From contig NW_026937790.1 of the NCBI RefSeq assembly GCF_032062105.1, positions 1-64,000 of the forward strand: 64,000 nt of DNA. Direction: 5' to 3'. Below are positions 12,676-27,000 of the stretch, one piece after another. Source of the stretch: Saccostrea cucullata. Lineage: Eukaryota. The first letter of the stretch is position 1; every line of letters begins with the position of its first letter. A program made the translations under genes and the position numbers. The notes beneath the pieces were generated by a model, which was given only the letters and a program-made list of their open reading frames with translations, ran no database searches and was not told the DNA's origin.

Positions 12676-14869
12676 TCACTGATTAGAGTAGATTGTGTCT
12701 TCAGTCTCTTCTTCGTGTGTTTCAATATATTCCATTACAGCAGCATGGATCATCTTGTACTCTGTCTGTAAAGAATATTTATTTTTAAATAATGAACGAA
12801 AACCATACACCATATAGTTTTGTTTTTAACCTTTTCAATTTTAAAGGAGTTTTCCATTTTTTCTTCTTCGCATAATGATGTAATATTAAACCAACATCGA
12901 TAATTGGATTTAAAAAGAGATCAAATAAAAAAAAACAATATTTTTTTGAGTAAAAAGAGATTATTTCTTACAACAATTTCTTTGGGATATACATTGGTGC
13001 GGTATATCTTTGCAGCTTTCCACCAGGAAGTGCTGGGGTCTCCATACGAGTAAAAAAATCACGAGAGGAACGTTAAACAACATACAAACAGAACAATATA
13101 TTTACCCAAGTAGAGCACAACTCAGGACGCCTTATTTGTAACTGGCGAACAGTGGAGAATATATCGATTTCTTCATCAATTGACAACTGTTGCAGGACAT
13201 TATATACAGCACATAACACTCCACACATTGCTGCACCGTCGCTGAATGAGATGATATTTTATCATGTCATTACAAACGTTCAATATATATCGGCATTGGA
13301 TTGTCATCTGCCTCAATATTTTACTTTTGAATTTTTTATTGCTATTTTCTCTAAATTTACAAATATATTTATGTTGACATGCAGTACACGTATTATTCCA
13401 TAAAATTAATTCTCATTTTTCAAAAGATTTGAAAAAGTATATTGTACGAAAAAGGATTATTAAATCAGAAATCAAGTAATAAACAAAGTACATATACTAT
13501 CCAAACCCCTAAATAATATAATCAAATATGACAAGAGTTTTGTTAAAATATTGCGAAAGCTATACTTGTCCCCTACATGCAAGCTTAAGTGTTATCTACT
13601 TGACCAATAACTAATCAAAGTCACACACCAAAACATGAACTCCACATAAGCAAACTTTAAGGGGGAGGAGGTTGCGAAAAACCCTTAAAAAATTAAAAAG
13701 GTCTTAATTTGTTTATAAATCATTGAACACAAACGCAGGTTTAATCTGTAACTCACCTGATACACTCACATACCAATCGGACAGACTGACGCAAAAGAAA
13801 CCCTAAAACCACCTCTGGTTTCAATGGTAGGGGAATAATTATTACTTTATTAACAATAAATCACTAAAAAACCCCACTGTGAATACTGTATCCCTTACAT
13901 TTTCAGAGTTTACATAACTTTGTTTACCCCCAACTGTTAATGAAAGGCCCAGGGGCCACATCGCTCATCTCAGCAACTTCCTAGCTAAAAGCTAAAAATC
14001 AGTTCAGTATTGAAAAGTTTAAAAATATTATAAAAGTTGGCTCGAGGGAGAGGGGGGGGGGGGGGGGAACAAACTTAAATCTACCCTTCTTAGAATGATT
14101 TTGACATAATGGCTCTGTTGTTTATTGTAATGATCCATTTTAATGATGCTTTTAAATTATTGATCAATTATTGCTTGATTAAGAATTGTAAAGATTTTTC
14201 ACATGTATTCCTATGTAAAACTCTGATACCCCATTTTGGACCCACTCTACGCCAGGGGGTCATGATTTGAACAAACTTGAATCTACACTACCCCGAGGAT
14301 GCTTCCATATAACTATGAGCAATCACAACTTTGCTGTTCTCAAGAAAAGATTTCGAAAGATTTTTTCTACGTAATCCTACTTTGATTACCCATAATGGCC
14401 CCACCCTTGACCCAGGGGTCATAATTTGAACAGACTTGTATCTTCACTACCTTGGGATGCTTCCATATTACTATGACCGATCACGGCTCTGCTGCCTTTG
14501 AGAACAAGATTATTTAAGATTTGATACTATTGTGGCCCCACTCTACCTCCGGGGGGGGGGGGGGGGTTATGATTTGAACAGACTTCAATCTTCACCACCA
14601 AAGGATGCTTTTACATGAGATTTTAAAAGATTTTTTCCATGTATTAACCATGTATTCCTATGTTAAAATTTAAAATTTGATACCCCACTGTGGCCCCATC
14701 CTTGTCCGGGGGTCATGATTTGAATAAACATGAATCCTCACTACCAGAGAACGCTTCCACATAAGTTTCTATTCTCCTTGCCCACTGGTTCTTTGAGAAG
14801 AAGATTTTTAAAAATACCATTAATTAATCAGTAATTCATAATAATCTCCCTTTGGAAGAGGGCGCGGCA

Positions 14870-14905
<36 letters not shown>

Positions 14906-14983
14906 AATACTTTGTGGTAAGTTTGGTTGAAATTGGCCAACAAATTGAGAAAATGAAAATGTTAAAAGTTTATGACAACGACA

Positions 14984-15045
<62 letters not shown>

Positions 15046-18000
15046 GTCTAAGATAAAGGGGGAGGGGAAAATCAGGTTTTGAACATTACCTGCTCATCAC
15101 TGTGACAGGACCCTCTTTTCCATTTCCTAAGATGATTGAGACCATTTCAAGCAGTTGTTTGACACATTGTCCTTCGTTGGACTGAAAGCTGCAGGTAGGC
15201 TCAACCACCTCAACAGCGTGATATTTTTCTTGCTGAAGTGGGAAAAAGGAACCGAAGAACGTCAATTATTTATAATACTACAAGACTTCTTTAAAAGTTT
15301 CAAAATGATATTTGCTTTTTTGGTAGATCGAACTGGTAAACATTCTAATTGTATTTACAGAAAGTAGCCCCTATAAAAATTGTACAACAGAGAAGCGCAT
15401 TTATGGCAATTGGAAAATCAAAAAAAAAATATAGAAACCTATCCATCAAAAATCAGTTTTGTATAATTATAAATTGTGTCATATAGATATAGAAAAAAGA
15501 GCATCTCTGTCCATCTTTTTAAAATATCTCACTATATACTCACTTCCTTTGTCAAAATATGAATAGTGAAACACTTTATGAGATTTGTCAAGTTTCCTTG
15601 TTGATACTGAACGGTGAATGGCCCTATACATTTAGATCCAGCGGAGTCGGGCAACCATGCTTCGCTCTGAAAACATGTTAAGATTAAACATCAAGCATTC
15701 TGAGAGAAGTGCAGAAACAATATATGTCTTCTATCGGGATCTCTTTCTCTTAAGGATGTCATTCATAAGATTTGTTATATGAAAATGTGCCCCCAAACTA
15801 CGGACATTTCGGTATTAATCTTTGGTTACAGTGTATAAATTAAATGTCATGGAAGAGATTGAACCATAATATTTTTCTAAGGATAAAAACCAATTCATAT
15901 CTTATCAGATAGGTAACAAATTCATGCTTTGTAAATTTTAAATGTATGTACATACTGATTTAACACCACTCAGAGGGTTCATGGAAATCACAGTATCAGA
16001 TTCATGATCGATGAGCAGACGAACAAGGTCAACAGTGTCATCTAGTGGTGGATAATGCGTAACAATAAACTTGTGTCTCTGGGTGTATGACTGAAGATAA
16101 ACATTAAGCATAACATCAGAAATATTTCCAGTTTTTTCAGATATACATAATTTTCTTTTTTTTAAAACTATATTCAAAGGAATTAAATTACAATTCGCAG
16201 TATCATACTAAGCCTATACACACGGGAAGAGAAATTGCGTTTATGTAGTTTCCACGCCTTCGCACGCTGGATGGCAAAAATAAACTGTACTTGTCCACTA
16301 AAATAAATATAAAAAAACATATCAAGACTTTTTTTTAACAAAACGCCTATCTTAATTATGTGGAATCTAAAAGTGATGTACACGTATATGACCACTGATC
16401 TAAAAATAATACAATTCTGTGAACAAGGGCATAAAACACCTTTAAATTCCGGTTGTAAGGTGGGATTATGGGTCTAGGAAAACAAAGTTACTAAAAGAAG
16501 GGTACTAACGTGGAAGAATCCGAACATCTCCTCTGTTGAATTGCCTGCTGAGTTTATAATCATCCTCTGTATACGATGGACGAACTTTTAAAAGATTCTG
16601 AAAATAAAAGGGGGGATGCAATATATTTGTGTAGATTTCACCGCATGAGACATGTTGCATAATTATAGGGTGTATATTACCTGAAACTCTTTTCTTAATT
16701 GACTGTGGTTTTCCGGTTTATTTTTCTTCATTTCGTCATTCTTTCCCAAGAATTCAGTTTTCTTCATAACTTCTGGTGCGGCTTTAAAGGCATGCTCCAG
16801 TACCAGGTATATAGTCATGTATTGCTCCTAGATAGATATTTACATTGGTATTTTTTTAATTAGCAACGTAGTAATATATAATAAGAATTGATATTCTCGA
16901 TTATATGATTAATTTTATATGCATAGAGAAATCACTCGTATACATATATACATTGAAATCGATAAGGACTGAAAGCAAGCTGAACAAGCATTCTCAGAGT
17001 ATTGCATTGGTAATACTAGTGAAAAATGATTGATTGTTGGTGTTTTACGCCGAGTCGGCAATATTTCAGCCATATTTCGAAGTCTATCAGCAAGATAAAC
17101 TGGTTCTCGTTCGAAACTCAATATGCCAAAATTTAGTTGAAAATCATTGAACATTGCAAAAGATAACTTGATCTATAATTCCTCAGGATATAACCACTTA
17201 CTAAAATTCAGCTTAATATCTGCATGCGTTCAGGGGGAAAATGCGGAAAACCAAGTCGGAACAGACAGTCGGATGGAGCGACGCAGAGGAAACTTAATAG
17301 TCCCGTCCGATTTCACCGTATAGCCCCCCCCCCCCTCAAATAACAAAGTAAGCCTACATCAGTATTGTTAGGAAATACTGTATGTGTACATACATTGTAA
17401 GTTGGCGTTTTAAAAATTTAGCGCAATCAATGGATATGGAGCTGTTGGCGTTATCACGAATTAGCGCTACACATGTTTGTGCCGTATATTCTACACATTA
17501 AATTTTCTTAGCTGTATTCATGAATTGTTGTTTGCGCCAAAGCCGCCAAAATATGAAGCCCGCTATTTTAATTGCACATACGTACAGTATATCCTAGAGG
17601 ACTTTTGCGAGAAACACTGACTTTTGCCAACAGTTGACGGTTTACTTGGGCATTTAAACTTGTATCATGTATGGAGGTACAGAATTGATATTAGGAATTC
17701 GCGGCTATGTTAAGGAAGCATATAAGTCATTTTTCGGTAAATTTAGACTTTTTAAAGAAAATTAAGTTTGATAATTTAGCAAAACCGCTGAAGAACGTAA
17801 ACTATTATTTTCTAATGCATGAAGATAAAAGAGTGTACAAAAGCAATGACGTGCACCACCACCACGGCATCACGTGACGTCTATTAATAGCGAAATTTTC
17901 CTCAATAAAAAAACTAACAGAACAACAATACTCCGGAGTTTGATAAATTCTTTGAGTAAATAATGTTGTTGAAAAACATCTATTTAGCCTAAAAAGTGCT

Positions 18001-21000
18001 GCTAGAATCCAACTGTCTCGTCAGTAAAATAATTATTTTACACATTCGCACGAAACCTTACCCGATGTTTTGAATTTTTTACATATAAACCCTGATTTTT
18101 CATAAAACCATGCTTAACTCGGGATTCTAGCAGCACTTTCCAACTATTTTAAGAGGCAAACTTTCCATATGTACAAATCTTATGTTTTGAAATATTCAGT
18201 TTATTGTTGTTCTGTTGCATTATTTCTGTCACAAATGGCAAATGAAAGGCCGACCGTTATACGTATATAGCTGACTGTCTTTGAAAGAGAATCAAATCGT
18301 TGAAAATAAATTAGCATACCTGTTTTATTAACTGAACTCCATATGAATATCACAAAATATTAACAATATTTGCTGTTAAACTCCATTTTACGTATTTTTG
18401 TAAATGCCGTACTAGCCAAATTCTCTTTACACGGCATGATCGATTCCCAAGTTACTTGATGTACATAAATGACGTCATCGGTAGTAGATTTAAATAAAAA
18501 TGACAGAATACAGCATTTCAAAATGAGAGCGTTTTATTTTTGTTAATGTTTACATGTTTCTTTTCATTTTCTAGAGTTAAATTACATCTCTAAATACCAA
18601 TATTACGAAAACGTGTGTTTTAAAATTGACGTCATCTCGCCTACTATGACGTCATAATGTAGCACTGATTTAAGCAAGGTAGAATATTTTGTATGCTTCC
18701 TTATTCCCCCTGCAAAAGCCTTTTTCGTGGTCATAAGTATGCTGTTAAGGGCACTAACATGTGAAGACCGGAAGTTGAGGGTAGAGTGGTTGTCGTTTTC
18801 TTCAAGGACAACTTGTATATGCTTTGAAATAACCAGTTATTTTCGTTGAATTGAGTGTTGAGCTAAATATTTATATCGTAAAAGAGCTCCCGTAAACTGT
18901 CTATTAGTAAAAACAAGCCGTCAACTGTAAAAAAAAGCAATCTTAGCAAAAGTCAACTTGGCTAATGTTTTTCCATACCATTTTTAGGCTTTTGTTTTTA
19001 TAAACCTAAATTGACCACATGATCAATAAAAATGGACTCAAGCGGGTGTAATCAGTCAAAAGGGCAGCTTATTCTTCACAGGCTCCTTATCCCACCTCTG
19101 GAATTTGTAGTGATCTGTGTAAAGTGCCCTCTACAGTCAACTCCATTATTTATGGAATTTTTTTTTTTAGATAAATCACTGTTTGATATATTCTTCTTTT
19201 ACATCGGCAAAAGATGGAGTCAGCAACCACAGTATTGCTTAATTAATTTTACGAGTTTTAAAATCATTTTACGATTTTTTATATCATTTTTAAACCATCT
19301 TTCTTTACTGAATCAAAACTTATTTTCGGAAGTAAGTTGCTACATGTCTGGTGTTTAAAAAACCTTTTTTTACTTTTTACCATGCAGGTAAATTGTTGAG
19401 CTCGTGTGTGAACACCAAAACAGAAAACTATCCAGCAGCAAACTGACACCATTCAAGAGCAAGCGGAATTCATTCATCACAGGAAAGTTACGTTGAATAA
19501 GCTATAAATAAGGCTAACAAGAGGAAATATATAGAATGAAAAAAAGCTTTCCAACAGAAGAGAAGTGCCGTAATTTTTAATGTCCATTTATTTTTGTGAA
19601 TATTGGTCAAAAAATTTACGAACTGTCATTAGCGCTATTTTTGAGGGTTAACGTTAACGCAATATGAAGTGCATTCTTTAATCTCGACAGTAATTTTTAA
19701 ATAAGTAGTCACTGCTGAAGTGCACAAAGGTATACACAAAAAAACATGACGTCACACTAAAATTTTAATTGTACTCACATACGTCTGAACCATATTCATT
19801 CGATTTTCTCTTATACTCTTCACGAATTCCGGAATGTTGATTGTCCTGTCCTTTAGTCCAGCCTTATAGAGGGCATCAATAGAAATATAAGTCCCCGACC
19901 GACCGATTCCAGCGCTAGAAATGAAACGTGTTCTGTACAGAGAACAGACCAACAACACTGCATTCACAAGTCTTATACATCAATAGATATTCCTAGCTCA
20001 AAAGTCCATAAAACAATATAAAATAGGAGCAGAGCAGACCTCAAAAACAACGGTAGTGGGATCAGGTACGATGGAGGATTAAAGAGAAAATAGACCATAG
20101 GTCCTATACATACGACTGGGAAAACAAAGTGCCATAAAGAAATCAGCAGGAAATAAATCTTGCTGAGAAATATTTTATTTTGCCGAGTTCTACTGAATCT
20201 TCGTAAAATAATTAGTTTTCACTTGACCTAAATTAAGCAAAAGTTACCTCCCGTTGGCAGCCATACTGGAGGTCCAAATGCTCATATTGCTTCATTGTTC
20301 AACCAATTTGAAATTTTTTATATTTTGAATTAGGAATCATTAATTTTCTGAAGTATATAAATTTTTGGAACCCTCCTTTATTTAAAAAAAAAATATTTAA
20401 TAAAGATTTTCCACCAAATATTTCTGCTGTATTTTCTTAAACTTGGTAAGACGATGGAAGAGAGAAAATAGGCCATCAGCCTATACATCGACCTGGGAAA
20501 AATATGGCGACCATAAAGAAATCAGCAGGAAATAAATCTTGCTAAAATTAGGTTAATCGAAAACTATCTATAACAGATTGAGAAAATTTATTCACTGGAC
20601 AATGAAGAAATATTTAAGTTATATGGACACTCAAATAGTCCGTCGTTGCCTGGTGTGGATCCGCAAATTGCCTTTCAAAATGCTTTAGTCAATTCATGTT
20701 GAATTCCTTATATAACGATAAACATTCAAAGACTATTCCACAATTAAAACCAGACGATCAGATTGTCTCAATAGAGCCGCGAAGTAAAGAGTGTATCCTT
20801 ACGTCAGGTGGGTTCGAATCCACCTTTAAAGACCGGTTCTTCGGAAGAGACCATATAAATCGAGGTCCCGTGTTGCAGTAGGTGCTGGTACGAATTAAAT
20901 CCCTCAATGTTCAACAGCTCTATATGTGACGCATAAAGTATTATTCTGCTGCCTACCTCCAAGTCATTTTTCAGAAATAAACATATTTGAATATTTTTGC

Positions 21001-24000
21001 CCATACATATAGATGTTCATGTAATTTTTTACAAAACATAATTTGTGATTTAGCAAAACACATTATTTGGAAAAATAAAGATTGTTTATGTTTATGGGCC
21101 AAATTTTTGTTCGTTCAGAAATAAATACCGATTTGTTGGGATTTACTTTTGTGAATGACAGATTTTTTCTAGTTTCTGTGTTCAATGAAATTTTACATTT
21201 AAAGGAAACAAAGATTAATTCGTTTGTTTCCTTTTACAAAGAGAAGGAAGGAAATTTATCACTAAAGAAAAAGGTGATTTCAGACTGGAAAAACAATTTT
21301 ATGGACTTTGACGGTTTTTGGCACACTACTAGCACGTTTTTTTCCTTAAAGAATCTTGCCTCTTTTTCTAAGAAACTTCTATTAGGTTTTCTTCACTTTT
21401 TTTGGTGATAAATATTCGATTTTGTAAAAAAAAAAAAAGGTAATAGAAGTCCGATTATTGTTTTGAATACCTGCAATGTACCAGAGTAGGACCTCTAGCT
21501 TTACTACTTTTTGCTCTTTCCACGTGATTATGAAATACAACCAGACAGAATGAATCTGGGATTCCGTGATCCAACCAGGCAGTGAAGTGATACTGCTGTA
21601 CAACAGTCATCTCTTTCAACTGAAAATTAATTAAATTGACTTTCACTCTACATGATGTGAGATATTGAAATGCATCACCGTTTAAGTGAGTAAGTATATC
21701 TTTCAGGCTATACTCCATTATATATATTCCAAGATGAGCATTAATATATTTTATTTTTTAAGCATTATCATTACATATCAGTTGGTCAAATAAATGAATT
21801 TTACTGTTGTTTGTTATTAAAAATATTACCTTTTTATGAATGAGCCTTACAGTCCTGATAACATAGAATGCATAATGTTTCTCGTCGACTGTATGTAGAG
21901 AGAATCCGCCTACAGTGATTGTCACCCCTACATCAGGCCAGTACTGATGACATTTTGCCTTAAAAAATAATTAATTTTTTCTGTATTTAGTGTTTAAGGA
22001 TATTGCATATCTCAATACATTATACAGAAACTCTAGCCGACTCATGTGAATAATCTCGCAACCATCTTAAATTGTGATAAAAAAGCAACAACAAATTGGT
22101 GACCGATATTAAACGATAATGTCTCCCACGTTGGAAACAAAGATGTGCATTAATTAAAAAATGACCTAGTATACATCAAAACCAAAATTCACCTTGTTTC
22201 CTTCTTTTAGGTTGGTCAACATAACAATCTGTGTGACTCTTTCCTGCCAAACCATGGCCCAAAAATCAGACATAGTATTTTGCTTCGGGCCTTTGCAAAA
22301 AGATAAGTCACAAGTTTACGTTTATGTTCTTCTGAATAGTTATTTTAAAAAGACATACCTTTTCAAGTTAAATGGTTTACGAAAAATAATCGTACCTTCA
22401 GCTGCTATATATGCATTTTCCTCCTCTAAACCCTATTTTAATGTTAAAATATTTTAAAAAGAATAAAATAGGCGGGGTAAAAGATATGCATATCCGATAA
22501 ACTTTAAAATAAAACCGTTTGAAATTTATTTGGAAACTTGATTCAACAATAAAATAACTTACATTGATATAATTGGCATTGATATAGTCTGACTCCCCAT
22601 TTTTTAATTTGACGCGTGTGTGGTCATCTGTGAACAAACACAGAAAAAAAAATCATGATAACTTCCAGCATTTGAGAAAATGAAAAGTACATTGAAATTG
22701 ATAAAAAAACAAAAAAAAAAAAAAAAAACCCAAACAAAACGATCACTCAACTATTTCAGATTTAAAACAAGATGTGCTTGTTAAACACTATGGGCCCGGC
22801 AGTAACCAATTTGAAAAGCTATTTTAGGAAATATAGGTCACAGTCAAAAGTCACAAGGTCATTGACCTTCGTGTCGTTTGAAAAAATTAATTAGTGGAGT
22901 ACGCAAACCAAATATGAAGTCTCTATCTCCTATGGTATATAAGTTATGGCAATAGTTCGAAAAGCTATTTTTAGCACATAAGTCATAGCCAAAGTCCCAG
23001 TGTCATTGACCTTGGTGTCATTTGAAAGCTTTCGAAGTATGCATACCAATCTATCTCTAACGGTTCAAAAGTAAGACAATAGACAGACAGACAGACAAGA
23101 TAAAAACAATTATATAAGCCCCCGATCTATTGATCAAGGTGCATAATAAACCAATTCCTTGAAACACATGTAACTTCTATCATAAGTAGTGTGTGTTAAA
23201 AAAATATAATCAATATACAGTTCAACCTCATTATCTCGAACTCCAGGGGACCGATCAAAATCGAGCTTTCTAAGTTTATTAATTATTATAATTATTAATT
23301 ATTAGGTAAATTGACGTGATCAATTCAAATGATTAGCAATTTCGTCATAGATTCTTGCAACTAGCACATTTGTGATGTTAACAAACATTTTTTTCGGACC
23401 CAGAATAAGGCAGAATCATTGTACATCTGTTTATTACTTACTGTATTTTAAATATTAAAGATGTCAACTGTTATTATGATGTGGAATTATAAGCAAACAA
23501 ACGTGTCAAGTCTTAGAAAGAGATGTATTTGGTTTTCTACGAATGTTATCAAATATTCCCGTTTAACATTCAACAAAGATCCTCAAACAGTAATCATTTT
23601 ATGTACGCGGAAGAAAAAGATATTTTTAAACGCTCTTATTGATCTCGTTGCTTCTTATTTTGCTTTATGCCTTCATTCATTTAGTTGTCTGTTATCTCAA
23701 GAATTTTTCATTGATGAAGACTCCACCACTTGCTGGTCGAGAATTACAGATTTCGACCCATGTTCGCCACTCTGGCTCATTCCACAGTTAAGGATCTTTT
23801 TCGTGCCAGCAGCTACTGCGACACGGGACCTCTGTTTATACGGTCTTTTATGAAGGACCGATCTCCACGTCCCAGTGTTAATCATACCTTCGATGCAATA
23901 GCAAAATCTGATACATGTTTTGGACTCAACATCCAAAAAAAATACTGCGAAATCGTAATAGTAAACAGGTCTGATATATCGTTCCGGCACTGCAAATTCA

Positions 24001-27000
24001 AGCGTCTATTATTAATAAAATGCTTTTAAGGAAATTAATTCTCTTATATACATAACTTTAAAAAAAAGCAATGAATTTGTTTTCTGATTAATTCGGAACT
24101 TTTCCTTCCTCAATAAAACTTACAAGGTAGTGAGGTCTGATAGCGGTTCTTTGCTACGTTTCCTGGCAGACTTCCGGCATCGCATGTGTATTTCTTTCCA
24201 TACGGAAGTGCCTGTTACAAACCATTGTAAATACATAAAAAAGGAAACTATTATTAGTATCTATATGCTATCGTAAATCATATAACATAAATATTTCCGC
24301 AATTTAATTTGAAAAAGCTTTTTTTTCTTACAGCATATTCTCGTTTAAACCCGTCATTATCCTCCTTGCGTTTTTCCACTATTATTTCCTCGAGTTTTTC
24401 TACTGAAATATCAGGAAGGGTGTCCACATTGTAGTACATGTCTTCATACGGATTATCGTCATGCATTCTTCCCTCGTCGTCAGTATCATTGTCCGTATCA
24501 TCGTGCTTGCTTTCTCTGTCTGGTTTTGTTCTTGAAGATAGAGTTCCATTTACATGTTCCTTTTCCACATTTTGATCTATTGTATTCTTTTTAATAGTTT
24601 CTGCATTAACTAAAATAATTAAGAAGTATGAAAAAATATGTTATAAGGAAATTTATTTACTTTATGTTATTTGTTTTCAAATGTAAGATATTAATAATGA
24701 TGCATGGGTTTTTTGGCTCAAACTGAACTTAATTAAATTTAAATATTTTGCATACTTCTGTATGAAAAAAATAGTTTGCAATGAAAGGGGAAAACTGTAA
24801 CATACGTGATTGATTTGAATTCAGGTTCATATTTTGTTTGCTTCGATCGGAAAATCTGAAATTGTCAATTACATTATGTAGAAATAAAAAGGTTCTAATA
24901 TACACACAATTCAACGAAAAATAACTTATTATTTCAAACATCTATCATTTTTTTATTTAAAAATTGTCTTAATTTTACTATATTGTGTAAAAAAAAATCT
25001 TATAAAACTTTTATAAAAATTTTCACTTTAAGTGTATCTACCTTGGGACCCAAATATATACTGCTATTGTAATGGCGATGGAAAATACTGGAGCTAGAAT
25101 TCCACCTGCGATGGCGAGTGCAGTATAAATTATATTGTCTTCAGCCTAAATGCGAATGTAAAAGTATATAGACAAATTAATTATTAATACTTTTTCTACA
25201 CCAATAACAAAATACACAGCACATTGAATTTTATTGTTTTTATACTGAATTTAAAAAAAATGCAAATCGAAGTTTTTAGCCCTACAAGTCCAAGACAAGA
25301 AGAGCTTATGCGGTAGTAATGCGTCCGTCGTCCGTCCGTCTGTCTGTCTGTACACAATTTTTCAATATTCTACTCCTCCTACAGTTTTCGTCTGATTTCA
25401 ATATAACTTGACATATAAGTAAACTACACTAGGATACATAATTCTGTATATCGGTTTTTGATTTCGAAGAACGGTGTTGCAGTGGTTACTAGAAATAAAT
25501 ATTTCTCGGAAATACATTCAAAACGCTACTCCTCCTACAGTTTTGGTTTGATTTCAATATAACTTGGCACACAAGTAGACTGCACTTAGATACATGATTC
25601 CATATATCGGTTTTTGATTTCGATGAACGGTGTCGCCATGATTACAAACAAACTGATATTTCTGGGAAATGCATTCAAAACGCCACTCCTTCTACAGTTT
25701 TGGTTTGATTTTAGTATAACTTGGCATACAAGTATACTAAGTTACATAATTCTGTATATCGGTTTTTGATTTCGATAAACTGTGATGCTTTGGTTACTAA
25801 AGATAGAAATTTCTATGAAATACTTTCAAAATGCTACTCACAATACATTTCTAGTCTGATTTTAATATAATTTGGCATGCATCTAACTAAATTGAGATAC
25901 AAAGTTATCAGTTTTGTGTTTTTGATTTTGATGATTGATGTTGCCGTAGTAAATGAAATTGAAAATTCTGTGAAGTTTTATTAAAAGTTATTTTTACAAA
26001 TGTAGTCTTATTGCAATCTTGCCCCAAAAAGAGACTTGATCAAGGATCATTATTCTATTGGTTGCTTTTGTAAAGTTTTAAGTCCCAACTGCATGCTACT
26101 TTTCTCTTCCTTTTTTTTTTTTATAAGTAAAAACCAGTAGAGCTACAGTCTCGACAGAGACTTCTGGTTTAATCTGTTTTATGATTTTTTTTAATTTATG
26201 GAGATGAACACTATTCAAGCTCAAAAGTCAATTAAAACAATACAAATTTAAGAGGAAAAATGGGCCTCGAAAATGTCAGAGGTGCAGAATCAGGTTCCAA
26301 GGGGTGGTGAGCATCCCTGCTGAATTATTTATGGAATAAATATAAAAAAAAGTAATTCGTGCATAAAAAAATCCTTAGTAGTGATAACGTTATAGGTTAT
26401 TTTACATACTTTAGATGTGTAACACTCTCCCGTATCATGGTAGCACGTCTGATTTACACAGTCCGTACTGCAATTTTCTTTACAGTTTACTCCCCAAAAG
26501 GTTTCCTCACATTCTACAACAATTGAAATGTACTAAGTCGTACGCATAGTTTCGACAACAATTTCTAAAATGAATGACTACTTGTATATCTCAGCAAGTA
26601 TCAAAACACATTACTCTCTACGCATGACGACCCCTGGTACCCAGATGAACACCCAGCGATACAAGTTCCGTTCACGTGATGGCATTGTCGATTACCGAAG
26701 CAATGTCCACATCTCTCTGTACAATTGACACCAAATGTCCTACCGTCACATTCTACAAAGATTATAATGTATGTATATTATAACGGTGCCTGTTTTGAAG
26801 GGAAACGGTAGAAATGACGCGTCAGCAGAGGTTAACAATGGTTTTCTTAGGGGTGTCAATTTCACTACTTGTAAATACATTAAAAATAGTCATCGTATAT
26901 TGTTTTATTTATTTAGGCTGTCATCATAAAAAAAAGTTTGGGTTTTTTAACATTTCAATCTCCAAGCTTTTGTTCTTCTCAAAAGAAACTTTTTTTTTAA

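Noticed and set aside
20084-20545. ~85-bp direct repeat (20084 and 20460) as mini-LTRs
   Set aside because: No TG..CA ends, TSD, PBS or PPT; most simply a local intronic duplication.
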